Shown: positions 25,050-38,408 of the stretch, piece after piece
How the letters are laid out: the number at the start of each line of letters is the position of its first letter
How positions within the stretch are numbered: position 1 is the first letter of the stretch
DNA from: Massalongia carnosa
Lineage: Eukaryota
Direction of reading: 5' to 3'
NCBI GenBank assembly: GCA_965645245.1
Contig: OZ287071.1
Location: forward strand, 2,356,001 to 2,420,000
DNA: 64,000 nt
The notes under the pieces: generated by a model
Seen by the model: only the letters and a program-made list of their open reading frames with translations
Told to the model about the DNA's origin: nothing
Databases searched by the model: none
Program-made: the position numbers and the translations under genes

Positions 25050-25344
25050 ATGACACCATCTCAATAGGGCGCGACCTCCTGTCTTATTATATCTGTCACA
25101 AATTTATAAGATTAGCTAAGTTCAACTGAATTGGAATAAAGCAAATATATCGAGGGATCTAAGACATAAAATCCTAATTTTATTAACAAATTGACGGCCG
25201 AGAAATTATTTAATATACATCGCTAGTGGGTTGTTCTTAAGGATTAATCAGGAACTTTAGTAACTAGAATTTGATAGATTACCGTGTAGATGCTTGCTTT
25301 AGCTTGAAAAGGAGATCCGAGTTCTCATCAAACCAGCCTTTGAT

Positions 25345-27243
25345 TTAAACCTTTTCGTCCTTCCTATGTTCGGAATGGCTGACGGAAACATTTCTCTCCT
25401 TCGCAAGATCTCTCGCAGTAATGTCCATATCTTTCTGCTTGGCGTCTTTTTCGCCGTGACGCCCAATTTGCCACCACCTGAGCTGGAATAGGTGATCCAT
25501 ACCCTCCAAGCTCCTGCCAGCCGTCTCTGGGACAAAGAACCAGACCCAAGCACCACCCAAAGCTGTGATGGCAGTAAAAAGCCAGAACGTACCCGCAGGC
25601 CCAAGCCCACCATTCGAGGGCGTCAGGAGCATCGAGGGCACGGCTCTGCTATTACCGTACTGGTTGGCGAAGTGAAAACACATTACCATGGAGCTCGAGA
25701 TGGCACGAATCCTCAACGGGTAGATCTCAGAGTTCAAAAGATATTGAATGCTATTCCATCCCATTGCCCAGCCAAATCCAGAGAAATATATCATCACAAT
25801 CGCCCCGGTGCTAGCATGTCTTTGGCTCGTTGTAGCTCTGCGATGGCCATCGAGCTGTGGGATCACTGTTAGAAATATTGCGATATACATCATGCTGACC
25901 ATCTGCAGCCCAATGCCTATTCCTAAAGAGCGTTTGCGCCCGATAAGGTCGACAAGGAAGAGAGCGCATAAAATAGCAGCAACAAATTTCACGACACCAA
26001 AAATGGCCGTGGCAAAAAGCGCTTCATTCTGACCCTTGGTTCCCAAGAGCGTGAAGAAGTCAGGGGCGTAGATTGTTATGCTTTGTGCGCCAGACCATTG
26101 AGATAAGAGTTGAGATCCAAGACCGAGGTAGATTCGGTAGAAGTTGTTGGGCATTAAGAACATTTCATTGAGGTAGCCCATCCATCCTTGACCGAGTGTG
26201 GCTTGTTTCTCTTGAGTAAGCTGGTTCTCGATATCGGCAATCTCCTTGCGAACGTAATCGCTATTTTCGTCAAGATGTCGGATGTTGGCTAAGTTGACTC
26301 GGACTTGGTTGATCTTTCCTTTCTTGACAAGGTAACGAGGAGATTCACAATTGAAGAAAGACAGGATTAAGATTATTCCAGCGAACATGATATGCAGGCT
26401 GGTGGGAACAAGCTACACAGGATACAAATCAGTATCTATTAAGAAAGACCTGCTGGCATGATCCTACCCATTGTTTAGCTGAGTCCTGTTTGATGTGAAG
26501 TGAGCTTCCCCAGCTCGCGAAATAAGCCAACATGATACCTAAATAAACACTACCTGAAAAGGTGCAAGTGCACAGCCCTCGTATTGATTTAGGAGCAATT
26601 TCGGATAGATAAACTGGCGCAACAACCGTGGTTTGCCCAATCCCAAGCCCAGCTATAAGGGAAGTAGTATGAGGTTAATGCATCTGCCTTCTTGCAATTA
26701 GTTAGACTTACCTATGAATCTTCCAGCGTATACTTGTCCCAAACGACCATTGTTGGTTAAGAAGATGGCGATGCCGAGAATCCACAATAAGCACAGCTGG
26801 CGAGTCGCCCATAGACGCCCAATGCGGTCACATAAGACGAATGCGCTGTTGGGTGCAATCAATAAACCTGCTTGTATTGTGTGTAGTGTGTTACGGGCTT
26901 ACAGTGCAGCACCACCAACGCTGCCAATCTGCACCATGGCTGAGATATTGCCCTTCACTTGCGCGAGTTCCTTCTCATTGAGCAGGCCAAGGCCAAGCTT
27001 ACGCTTAAAGCTGCTTTTCGCCAAAGTTCCAGATATGAGCCCCTCGTCGATACCTGAAAGCCGTAAGGATAATTAGCAAGCAGATGTAAGACTTTGGTGC
27101 TTTCTCCTAAACATGCCTCGGGCTGCACCCATAATTCCAAAAGAGAAGACGGCGAACCATAGCCGCCAATTGAATGCTTCGGGGGGATCGATGCCTCTGT
27201 TTATCTTGAAGATATTTAGAGGTTTCCCAGCACCGCCTCCCAT
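25345..27243 (-). CDS. MFS sugar porter family transporter (quinate permease-like), 5 exons
   Basis: ATG at 27243 (MGGGAGKPLNIFKIN...WFAVFSFGIMGAARG). Exons encode CDRIGR, AGLGIGQTTVVAPVYLSEIAPKSIRG, ESPRYL, QLLSQWSGAQSITIYAP, VDLIGRK, SEIYPLRIR and PETAGRSLE, with GT-AG introns between. Confidence 0.93.
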
Positions 27244-28410
27244 ATTGAGCACGACGCAGTGATAGGTCTAGATCGGAAAGAAACGGCAAACGGCAATGGG
27301 AATTAAGTCATAGGAAAAGCAAGGCGCGGGGTAATAAGAAACGTTACAGTTGCTACGCAGACTCGTGAAACTGCATATCTGCTCGGTTGTAGAGCCAGCC
27401 ATAATGTGAACAAGCGCAGCAAGGACATCTCCTTAAGTTGTTAAGTTGTGCTAATAACACGCGTTACATCATCTGTTGAACGCGAGTTTCATCAACGCGA
27501 CTTCTTTCAGGTATCAGGCTCTTTTTCTTTACGCTTTAGCTATCTTGTTGCGACAATAATATTAGAATAAGATTTTGAAGTTTCGAAAACGTTGAATCAG
27601 TCATGTGACATTGGCTGCCTCTTAGTTGGTTTCAGCTGCCTCGCGATTCATCCGCGGCATTCGAAGCTTCAATACTTCAACTGTACTTTGTACATACAAG
27701 TCATTTCCTCTGAAACGTGCGACTTGGGCTGTGGCGGAGTCTTTGCGGAGAGTGCAGGGCTTTCTGTTCAGCGTTGTCATAGAGAATCCATAAGGAAGGC
27801 AGCATGTCTGCGACGACGAGTGGCAATCGTATTGAAATGTGGTACCTCCGTTCTCACTCTAGTGAATTTCCACAAATAGTTCATCCTAACAATGTTTAGT
27901 CATGCCTTGTGGGCCTTCCTGTAGCAGGATCAAAGCGCAGGCTTGAAGTGCATTTAGCCCGTGCAGTAAGGGTTTCCACGCTCGAGCTACTGCTCCCGTC
28001 TCAGCTTCTATTTGCAATGGGAAACCAACCTTATCTCTCCCCATTATCGTCCAGGAAAAGCATCCATACTTGGATATAATCATGAGGTCTCAGGTCTTTG
28101 TAATTTTCCAATTCTTTGCTCAAGCTGTATATATTCTGCATTATTAACATTCGGCAGCACCCAAGGCTTACCATTTCGCTGCGTGTTGACTAACTAGTCC
28201 GAGAACAGCCTTCTCGATCACTTGGGGGGGTCAGTGGTTTGACCCTCATAGACTGATTAGTGCAAGACCTTTCTTAAAAACCTCAATTCCACTCAATCTA
28301 TCAAGAAGGATGATTTGTTTCAGTTCAGTAGTGTCGCGTTTGAAGTGATGATTGATAATAAGTTTTCTTGCCGTCGAACTAATGTCATCATATTGCCTTG
28401 ACCACTCCAA

Positions 28411-29603
28411 CTATTCATCGTCGTCATCATCTTCCTCGCTGTCCACTTCCATGAAGTCTCTTCGCGCTACTTCTGCCTCTTCTCGATCATTCAATCGATC
28501 TTTTGATTCGAAGATTTTACCATCCGTGCAGAGACTTTCTAGAAGCTCCTCATCCTCCTTTAGATCCCCTGTAAACCTTGCCAGTTGGAGCAACATTGAC
28601 TTCCTCAAATAAGGGCCAGGAGTCACCCATGGATGGCCTGTCTTCGTTTTAGCCCATAGTGGTTCCCATCCTGGCTGGCGGTTTTTCTTGTTCCGCAACA
28701 AGGTTATCACAAAATGGTAGTATAAAAACATTGCCGCCGGCCGGAAATCTGTTATAAACCCCAATTCATTGCCGTCCATTTCACTAAGCTTTATTGAAAC
28801 CAGTTTCGATTTCCTGGCTACTTGGTTAGCAACGCCGATCTTTCAACGTTTTATTGGAAGCTCCGCAGCATCCACCGGCAAGATAACGAAATTTCCAGAA
28901 TCGAAAGAGTCTTTGACATCTCGGTGAACCATCAAGCACTTATCGGCAGCGAACAACCGTACCCCAGCCCCCTCCCCGAAGACGTATTCTGCTACCTCGA
29001 GTCCAAGTGCCGCCGGCCCAATATGCGCCGCTTTAAATTTGGTCGTCTCAAATAATCTCTGAGAACGGGACACCACAAATAACCCTCTTCTGCCCCCTTG
29101 GTGGATCCGTATAACTTGATGGCTGAACGCCTCATATCGGTCTGCTCTTAACGAGAGCGCTTTCTCAATGAACAAGGGTCCTTATACAGGCGCAATAGCG
29201 CAGCAACGAAGGCGCCCTCGGTGTCTGGTGATAGAGTAGGGGTTCTGCCCTCCTTTTCCTCCTTCTCCTGCATTTCCTTATTTAACCGCTAAAGCTGCTC
29301 ATCTCCCAGACTTATTATTCTCTTGTTGATATCTTTGTGAGCCTTTCTGTACTCATCGGCAGCAAGCAGTACTTCCTCCTTTTCAATATCTAGCCATTCT
29401 TTGTGGTGATGGGCGAAGGCAATCTCGTTGTCTACTTACTCGACTTGAAGCTTTAAGTGTTTGATAGAATCAATTTCTATAGATTGGTCGGAGAGTTTTC
29501 GCTTCAAGTCGCTTTAATTTACTTGGAGCACAAGCGAACGCTCACTCCATGCTGCTCTTGAAGAGGTTCGGACGGAAACGGGAAAGGGGGATTGATGAGC
29601 CAT
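28411..29603 (-). pseudogene. fungal HNH endonuclease (HNH_2-like) with N-terminal coiled coil, degraded
   Basis: FKAAHIGP...RLFAADKCLMVHRDVKDSFDSGNFVILPVD, MDGNELGFITDFRPAAMFLYYHF and PWVTPGPYLRKSML. Several in-frame TAA/TAG stops and frameshifts upstream. Confidence 0.78.
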
Positions 29604-32079
29604 TGATTCGTGATGTATGAGAAGGTATTGGTGACTTAAATTATTGAGATTCTGAAACAGTTTTCTCCTGTTGTTTGTTGCTTGATTAAGAGAGATTCTG
29701 ACAATGATTTTGCCTTGATAGCTTTCCCTCTCTCCATGCAGTTTTCTGATATTATCACATGGAAAAGAGCGCTCAAGATAGTTGCAAAAGCGCCAGGCCA
29801 ACCCTAGCTTGAAGTCTAAATTCTCCTTGATGAACACGTGTTCACGGAATCTTACTGCTAATACGACTACGACTACTTCGGCTTACGAGTAATCAAACAA
29901 CGCAAGTCTTTTTCAGTCTTTTTCAGTTCTGATTTGAGGTAATATATACTGGGATAGGATTAGAGAAACGGGTAGGATATCGCAGTTAAGTCTACGATAA
30001 TGATACGACAAGTACACAACCACATTTAATGGTAATGCTGATCTATCAAGATTTCCTATTTAGGCGGAGATGACCCTACTATGTAGCTTTTTATCTCGTC
30101 CATGAGACTTATTCTGGCTATTAAGGTTCGCCCATTGCATGTAAACCTGCCCATAACTTCCAGAACCTCCACCAACCGTAAAGACGTCACGTATCGCGAC
30201 GTTAAGTCTAATCAACTCTGATAGTCACTGAACCTCGAAAAAATGTACCTATTCATATCTCACATCTGGACCTGCGTTGAGGGTCCAATTTGGGTCCAAC
30301 TCCGATACTCTGTTCTCAGGGATTATGAGATCGTCATTGTCGATCCTAGAGAACCTTTTGCGCTGAGATGATAGGATCGATTAGGTAAGTAGGTGACTTC
30401 GCAAGTTCTTGTGCGCGATCAGGGCGATGGTCTTTGTGCGGGCGGAGTCGAAGGCGGCTTGAAGGGTGCTGTATTGGGGTGGCATTGCTGACGACTGCCC
30501 CGTACTTATGTAACTGGATTGCTTTTGATGATGAGAAGGATTGTTAGTTAGAGAGATAGCGCTGTTCGGAGGTTCTTGATGCAGGTTTGTTCCATGATTA
30601 CTTTGATCTCTTTGACCCGGGATCTAAATATCATCAATCTTGTGATGAAGTGCCCCGACTGTATTCTCACTGCTTCACGTCATTCAAGAATTAATATTAT
30701 ACTGAAAGATGTCCCGAGAAGAACCACGAATCAGTCATGAAGTGCAGGGCTGAATAGGAATCAATTCGTGATAACACGAAAGAATACTCCACTAATTCAC
30801 CCGAAAAACTAAACCCCTGAGGCAGACTGTCATAGGCATTCTGATGAGTATATGCATCTTATAGTCATATAAACATATATTATCTACAATCAAACTATAG
30901 GCATCTTGACAACGTAAGTAGGGAGAAAAAATTACTCTCGATTAATCATTATCCCGATCAACGTCTCTTCTCTCAATAGCATCATGAACCTGCACAGCGA
31001 TTTGCCGCTCCTTATCAAACGAAAGCTTTTCCGAGAAAGATCTAGTATCAAATGTCTTCTTCGTCAAAAACCTGCTCTGACGGCAAAACGTCCCCGATTT
31101 CGAGAGCAAGTGCTCGAACAATGCTTCGTCGCATCCACTTGCCAGGCGTCCTCCAGATCTTCCCCATCTGGATCTTTTCTTGATCTCTTTCCTATCCTTT
31201 AATCATAAAGCGGCGACGACGAAAGAGTGTAATTAAACAAAGAAAATAGAGATATCTATTTTTCGGGCGAGTCTTGGGTTTGAACACAAGAGGTTGATTG
31301 TCGAGAGCCTTACACAGTGGTCCGCGTAGGAAGGTCTCCTTGTTCAGGAGCTCATCGTCAAGCACGACCGAAGAAGCCGAAAAGCCTGCGAGTGGATCTG
31401 CTTGCGGCGTTTCTCTTCTTGACCACGGATACCACCAGGAAAAAGCACACGTTCCATTTTTGCAATCGCAAGGAGAGGTAATTCACGTGGGAGTCGTGAT
31501 AAAAGAAGAAGAACAAACGCAGCTGAGCTGGTGAGTCATGTAGATTGATCGTTCTAGTATGGACTATCGGGGGGTTGAAGAGTTGTTGTGAACAAGAGAT
31601 TTTTATCCAAAAAGGATAGGGGACCACAGCAACGCAGTCATAATCGTGCAAAGTCCAACGATTCTCCTGGAATACCTCTGTACAAAAGCCACAGCACATG
31701 TTACGCAAAAACCCCACGTGAATATACAACTAAGCCCGAGAACAGCGACCGAACTTACCATACAAATAGATTAATAGTATCCTTTACACGTGCTTCGAAA
31801 TTGTTTGTTACGGTTCACCACTTGCGGTGGCTGGGCGGCAGAGCCGACTGAGTACGGAGTATGTACAGAGTACGGAGAAGGTATTGTGCCGGTAAGGCTG
31901 GAGGCCAGGTGGCGCAATGGTCACTATCTCGCTCTGTCACGTTGTTCTCGCTTTCTGTTCGGCAGCTTGCATCAAATGTATTCGGTAGTTATTCCACTAA
32001 AGACTCGACTACGAGAAAGAAAAAACGAAGTAAACAAGAGAAATCCTTTTAGCTGTCCATTTAACCAATTCCAGGTACC

Positions 32080-32140
32080 AATTCAGGGTCCATTTCAGGG
32101 TTCAACTCAGGGTCCAGTCTAGGGTTCAATTCAGGGTTCA
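32080..32140. repeat. degenerate 12-bp tandem repeat (xxTCAGGGTYCA), ~5 copies
   Basis: attcagggtcca tttcagggttca actcagggtcca gtctagggttca attcagggttca. Confidence 0.75.
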
Positions 32141-32889
32141 TTTCCACTTCTCTGTACCTCCGTACACACTAGGTCAGGGAGATCTCAGGGGTGATTACAA
32201 AAAACATACACAGTAGAAAATCGGTACTGCCGATCCTGGAGAACACCCGGATGATTGATTGGTGCCTACTCTGTATACACTCCCCGAAACCCTTCTAGTC
32301 TCGTCCCCATGATTTGCGCGAACACTCCTTTGAAAACCCGTCTCGATTCTCCCCTTCCCACGCTATCTTTCCCCGCCATGGGGGTTCCCTGCAGGGGTTG
32401 CCCCGTGGATTGGGGAGAAGATCGCTCAGGTGGACTCTTAAGCGGGATTAGTACGATAGACTCGATATCGAATCATGACATGACCCTTAACCTAGCTCTT
32501 CGGCACTCGTTCGTGCTCGGATTCTGCGACCATTTTTTGGCTTTTTTTTTACCTTGGTTTTCGAGGAACGTGAGTGAGAGGGGGAAGGGCATGTTCATAG
32601 TGCCGAGTTACGAGAAGAGGTCTCGTCCTTGGATGCCTGCTTCTACCTATCTACCTATGCTAGAGCAGGACAATGACGTGCGGGGGTCATTAAGTGCTTG
32701 AGTGGCATCATGGCAGCCCGTGTTCCGTGCTCACCCACCGAGAAGAATGAGAATCATAATCCCTGAAGGTGTAGATATCCAAGGTAAATCTGTCCGTTCC
32801 CAGAAATCTCCAAGCTGCTGCTGCTGATAACAATGTTGACTGCCCGGAGAGTTACATTCACTCTTCTTTGATTTTCGAACACCGCGCAA

Positions 32890-34303
32890 ATGCCTAAAAT
32901 TCTCGGTCCCGAGGAGAAGGAGGGCAATGTCGCATATCAACTGGCTCATATTTATGACAACAGAGGGCCTTCAACGGTAATATCTGTGGCCGTGCTGTCG
33001 GTATTGGCGACGATAGCAGTGGTCTTGAGAGTCATGGTGAGATGGCGCACGAGGTCCGCGTTTGGAACCGATGATCATCTCATTTTCCTCACTCTGGTGC
33101 GTAGAAGCCGCCATGCAATGGCCTGACCGAGTTGGCTGACCTTGAGATAGCTGTTGAGCTGGGGTTCGTTTGTATCCGTCTACTTCGGTAAGCTGTGTTT
33201 CAGAGACGCCCCGAGAATAAAGTATTCATGAAACAAGAGACGCAGAATGGCCTTGGGCAACATGTGGTAGCTCTAAAGCCAGCGCAGTTTGTGGGGTTGA
33301 CTAAGAACCCTTTTCACCAACTCCCGCAGTCTATTTACCACTACCGCAGGCGTTACTCTTCGAGGCCCCAACCTTTCAAATCGCCGTAATGCTCAACCAG
33401 CTGTCCGTCCTGTTTCTGTACAAGCGAGTCTTCACTCTTTCAAAAAAATGGTTCAAATACTCATCGTATGCCATCGGACTGTTTTGCATCGGGGCCGGTG
33501 TCAGCCTTTTCTTTGCCGGCTTGTTTCATTGCACGCCAATCAATTTCGGGTGGAATCCAACCGTGAAGGGACATTGCGGCGTCAAGATCCAGAAGCTTTA
33601 CATCGCAGCGACGATTCTGAATCTCGTTGGTGACATCTGTGTTTTGGCGGTTCCTATAACCCTTGATCTGGAGTCTTCATATGACGCTGGCAACGAAAAC
33701 GGCTGTGAGCGGAATGTTCTTGTTCGGCGGTTTGTAGGTATTTCAGAGGCCGAAAAGACATGAACATCAAGCTAATCCCACTTGACCAAACAGTGTTACT
33801 GTTATCAACCTGATAAAACTGGTTGAAATCATCATTGTTCCGCTAGCCGACTTTACATGTATGATCTTCCTCTCATTTGATGGTTTGAGGAATTACTGAT
33901 GCTTGAACACGGGTCGGATGTGCCAGTTGCTATCTGGACTCATGCAGAGCTTTGTCTTGGTATCGTCAGTGCATGCTTGCCATGTTACAGGCCACTTTTC
34001 AAAAGCATCCACAACATATTCTCGACATCAGCCAGCAAAAGCAAGTCGTCCACGCTGACGCCCCAAATTCGCTCCAAAGCGTCAGCAGATGCCTACAAAA
34101 CCCTCGATGGAAAGGAAACCGACGTAAACGGTTCGAAAACCGCCCTCTTTCCTCAGGATCAGTGGGAAAATCCTTCGCTGCCGGGTCACAGCTCTAAGGT
34201 TCAGAACGTCGCCGTAGGAAGCCCTCCGCACGGAGATATTGAGCTAGGTGTCATTGGCGTCACTCGAGATGTGGATATTTCTAGGTCCAAGGCGAAGCAG
34301 TAA
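32890..34303 (+). pseudogene. PTH11-like (fungal rhodopsin-domain) integral membrane protein, multi-exon, probably disrupted
   Basis: AVVLRVMVRW..FGTDDHLI, GLGQHV, LSVLFLYKRVF, CTPINFGWNP..GHC, NLVGDICVLAVP and WTHAELCLGIVSACLPCYRPLF. A 1-nt frameshift near 33658 (PI/PLIW) and an apparently missing GT donor near 33306. Confidence 0.8.
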
Positions 34304-35187
34304 AGCCGTCGGCAGCCGTCGCGTTGAATGTGCATATGTTATGTAATATTCTCTCTTCGAGAGGTAGTCTTGATGAGGATACGGATTCGTTTCTCTCACA
34401 CATCTTGATGAGGCTTCAAAGAACGATGTATCCAAAATAATTTTACGACTTTACATGTCCCCCCCACCTACATCGAGTCTCATGCTTCAGAATAATAACC
34501 CCAAGCCTTCCCTGTTTGACTGTATATCCCAACTCCGTACAATCAATCCGATAGGTTTAGTCCTGTGCTTTTCAACTTTTGAAGATGGAGGGCATTGAAG
34601 AGTCCACGGGTAATCTTTTCGCAACAGGCAACTAATCAGGAAATTATGCATAAAGGCAGAGAATCCGAGCTCGAAAGGAAAGATTTGGGGGAGTACTGCC
34701 TGCACCCGTCAGCTAGTTTGTTGGTTATGTATGTACAACAAACAACTTTACCCCGACACCAAACTCCATCCATCCTCCCCTTTTCCAGACCCCTTGTCAG
34801 AAAACGACCGAACCCGTGGGACCCCCTCTAGAAAATCCTCCTGGTAAGCTAATATGCTAATGGACTACACGCCACCCACGAAAGGAGGAAAATCGCTATA
34901 TAATATATTATGGTCTTATCAGGGGTTTGTTTGCAAGCGGGGAAAAAAGGGAGCGGAAAGAAAGAAAATAGTCGATCTTGCATGGGGGCATATTTCCTTT
35001 CTCTGAGTTCTATGCAAGCAAGGTCCAAATGAAGTAGAGGTGCAAGGCGAACAAACAAACAAACAAGCTTGTATTATCGAGTAGTAATCTATACAGCGTT
35101 TCATTAGTGTTACTTCCGCATCTGTCACCGATTAACCTGAGTACATCTTCTTGTCAGCCCCTCCGCACCAGGTAGTAGCTGTTCCAG

Positions 35188-38100
35188 TTACAGGTATGTT
35201 TCTCGCCTCTGCATCCCAAACCGAAACCTTCCTAGCCGGAACATTTTATCCAGGACGGGAGTTTCCATGCGAAGGACCGTTTCACGAAACAACGTCTGCG
35301 TCGCCCAGTCATACGAGCACAGCAACGCTCTCTGCATCCCCCCTTCTTCCCCACAGATCACCACCGCGACAGGTGGCCGTACGGCCGCAAACATCGTCAC
35401 CGTCAAAGTGTTTGTGTCAATCAGTGTGAATATCTTTTCCTCACCCATACGGCTAGTGACGGCCCTCCTTACTCTTTCGGCGGTTCGGGGATCGGTAGTG
35501 GGATCCAGGCCTTCGCATTCATTCCATCGGTTGACTCGGTGGCGTGATAGCGGGCTGCCTGCGGTACTCCATGAGAGGTGGCCTAGGTCTGCGCCGAAAA
35601 TATGCTTCTCGATGGAGTGGAGATCCATGTAGCCTTCGAAGCCAAAGAACCAGGCCTGCGTAGCCCACAATTTGCCAGTGTATAAGACACGAATCAGATA
35701 TGGCGATAACAAAAGGAAGATTAGTCCGACTGTCAGGAAGACTGCTCCAAGCCCCAAAAGCGGCGATCCTTGTTGGGCCTGTCCCACGGCGATAAGCCCT
35801 ATCCCGATGTAAAACACATAGGAGGAAGAGCGGAAGGCATAGCGCACAAGCGACCGTCTCAAGCTATCTCTGACTAAGCTGGCAACCTGGGCGAACCCTT
35901 TCCATCTGATGGCTGCTGCATGGGCATTGTCAAGAATGACCGTGTCATGATCGCCAATCCCACAAACTTGGGTTGTTGGATAGATGTCCCATAGAGCTAC
36001 GTTCCATTGATCGTCCATGTCATGCCAGGGCTGATTAATAGATTTTGGGAGGATGCAGATAAGTCGTTCCAGAAGCAAGTTGCTATCATTGGCCATAGAT
36101 AATCGTGCAAACGCTTGAAACTCCGAATCTCTTCTGACAACTGTTGGCCTCTGCCGCAGGAGTCCCATCAACGCATACGACATGTCGCCGTCAAGGTACT
36201 TTCCTTTCTGACGCTTATGAAGGCATCGAAGAGCAATTGTTATCAGCTCCAGCTGGCCGAGAACCAATGAACCCTCGTAATGCTCAATCAGCTCCCGAGA
36301 CAATGGTCCATCTTCAAGCTGTGCTGCCATGTTCCTTTTGTGAATCTTTGTCGGTTTGTCGATGCTGTCACCTCGCTTATACACAGAAAACTCTTCTTTT
36401 CCAGGACTTAAAAGAACTTCCGGCAACGTCCAAACACGAGTTCCCCACTGTTGGAGTAAAATATCCATTGAAGGTGACTCCAGACCACTTCCAGCGAAAT
36501 CGGATACGACAATAGCCATACTGTGAGCCCCACGGATAACATCACTGATGAGCCAGACGTTCTCCTCGAGTTGTTCTTTGTCCCCAAGGCAGGAGCAGCC
36601 AACCCAGTAAGCAGGAACATCTGCAGCTCGAGCGGCGTGCTCACCCACGTCATGCAGGAGCAATTCCTCTTCTGGGGATTTGAATTGTTCCGATGTATAT
36701 GACACGAAAACGTAATTTGCAGCCTTGCCATGCTTTCTCTTCCACTTCTGGACATCGGATATTTCCACTTCTTTACCTGAAGTCAAAAAGCAGAGAAATT
36801 TCGGCTCGATTGGTCTGTTGGTTTTGAGGCTAGTGGAGGAGTAATCTGTATCGTTTTTCCGATTCCTGCCATCGTCCTGACCAAGAGCGAGTGGTCTTTC
36901 TTCCTTCTTATTTCTTGCATGATAAGGATATCCCCAAAATCGATAGGGGAAAGGGTCATACCGCCCTCCGTTGCGAACCTGGCCGGCCACATTGGTAGGA
37001 TAGGTCATCTTACACGTCATGGTCAATATCGCATGATGTTACGTTTTGGAGAGGAAGGCAACTTACGAGAATCAAAATCGCAACACTTGCTGGAACCCAT
37101 CTTATTAGAAGTGCCGCAATTTCATTTGTTGTCATTGGTCTATCGTCACGAGGCACGGTTTCCAGCACATAGTTGGCAACCTGCATCATGAAAGGACTCA
37201 TATCCCGAATGAATGTTCTTCTCCAGGTGCTGTTCGGCTCGGCGTCGTAGACGTCCTGAGCAGTTTGAACTACCAGCTTGGCCAGATGCCCATCAAATGG
37301 ACTCAGGTAATAGTCCTCCTCAGAGAAATCCTTTGCGCGTTGCATCATATCTCGATGATGTTTTGTTTCCCTTTGCGGGCGGAGTATACCCGGTACTTGA
37401 TAGATATTAGGCCATTTCCATCTCCGTGCCGGGCGGTTTTCAAATATGTTGCCATAGCCACGTTCGTGTCCTGGTCGATACTGTCTTTAATGTTAGAGCA
37501 GGGGTCGGTTTAGTTTCACGTCCTCGGGCTCTCACGTGTGGTCTTTCATTCTGATCCTCAAGAGCGAAGGGTTGTACATGTTCCATATTCATCTACGCCG
37601 CTGGTCACTTCCTTGGTTCATAAAACGGTTATGCATACGTCGTAGGAGAGAAGATTTCTGTTTGGGCGGGAAGTTGCCTACCGGCCGTGATGGGACGCCG
37701 TGCGGGACATTGGCTGAAGGATAATACTGGACACCTGTTGTGGTGTAATTCGTGGACGAATAGCTGTTCACCTGGTAAGATCTGTTAATTTCTTCTATGT
37801 GTACCAGGGAGTTATGATGTACAAACATGCGAGGGCACCGCTTGGGGAGGGTTTTGCGGCAATTGCCTTGCGTAAGTATTAGGCGGTTGCATTGGAGCGT
37901 TGGGATCCTGCGAATATGGCTGAGGTGTGACCAACGACGTCTGCTGATGCTGAAATGTTTGGCCGCCACCGTATGGCTGCGATCCGTGTGATCCTTGAGG
38001 GTCATTCATCCAACCTGTCTGGTTGAAGGGCTGAGGAGGATTAGTTGGCTGCGGGTTTGCGACGCCAGAGTGAATGTTATTGCCGAGGGTGCTCGAAGAT

Positions 38101-38408
38101 GAAACTGAGTATTGCATTGATGATTCCTGGGAACGCTGTCGCATTCTCAGCTCGTTTGGATCCGTATTACCCCCGTGAGGCGCCCCTGAAGGCGAAGATG
38201 GGTTCCATGTCGTCTGAGAGACCCCAAGCCGCCTGCGTATCTCATTTGGATCGGCATCTCCTCCATGCGATACTGGCTGACTTGACATGCTCGGTAAGGG
38301 TCCTGGGCGCATGCGTAACTGGTTTGGATCGTTGTTGCCGCCATGAGGTAAAGGAGGCGGCGCCGATGGCTGCCGAGACGGAGAGGGGGAATTAGCGGGA
38401 GAAGACAT
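35188..38408 (-). CDS. large HET-like domain protein with Pro/Gln-rich repeat N-terminus and transmembrane helices (multi-exon; possible premature stop at 37589-37591)
   Basis: The 612-aa ORF forming the final exon has YVFVSYT, YWVGCSCL, ISDVIRGA and QWGTRVWTLPEVLL (order and spacing of HET-domain motifs), then two hydrophobic helices. Upstream exons join in frame via a GC-AG and GT-AG introns. Confidence 0.7.

Noticed and set aside
32080..32140. Interstitial telomere repeat
   Set aside because: The unit is a 12-mer with a TCAGGG core, not tandem TTAGGG.
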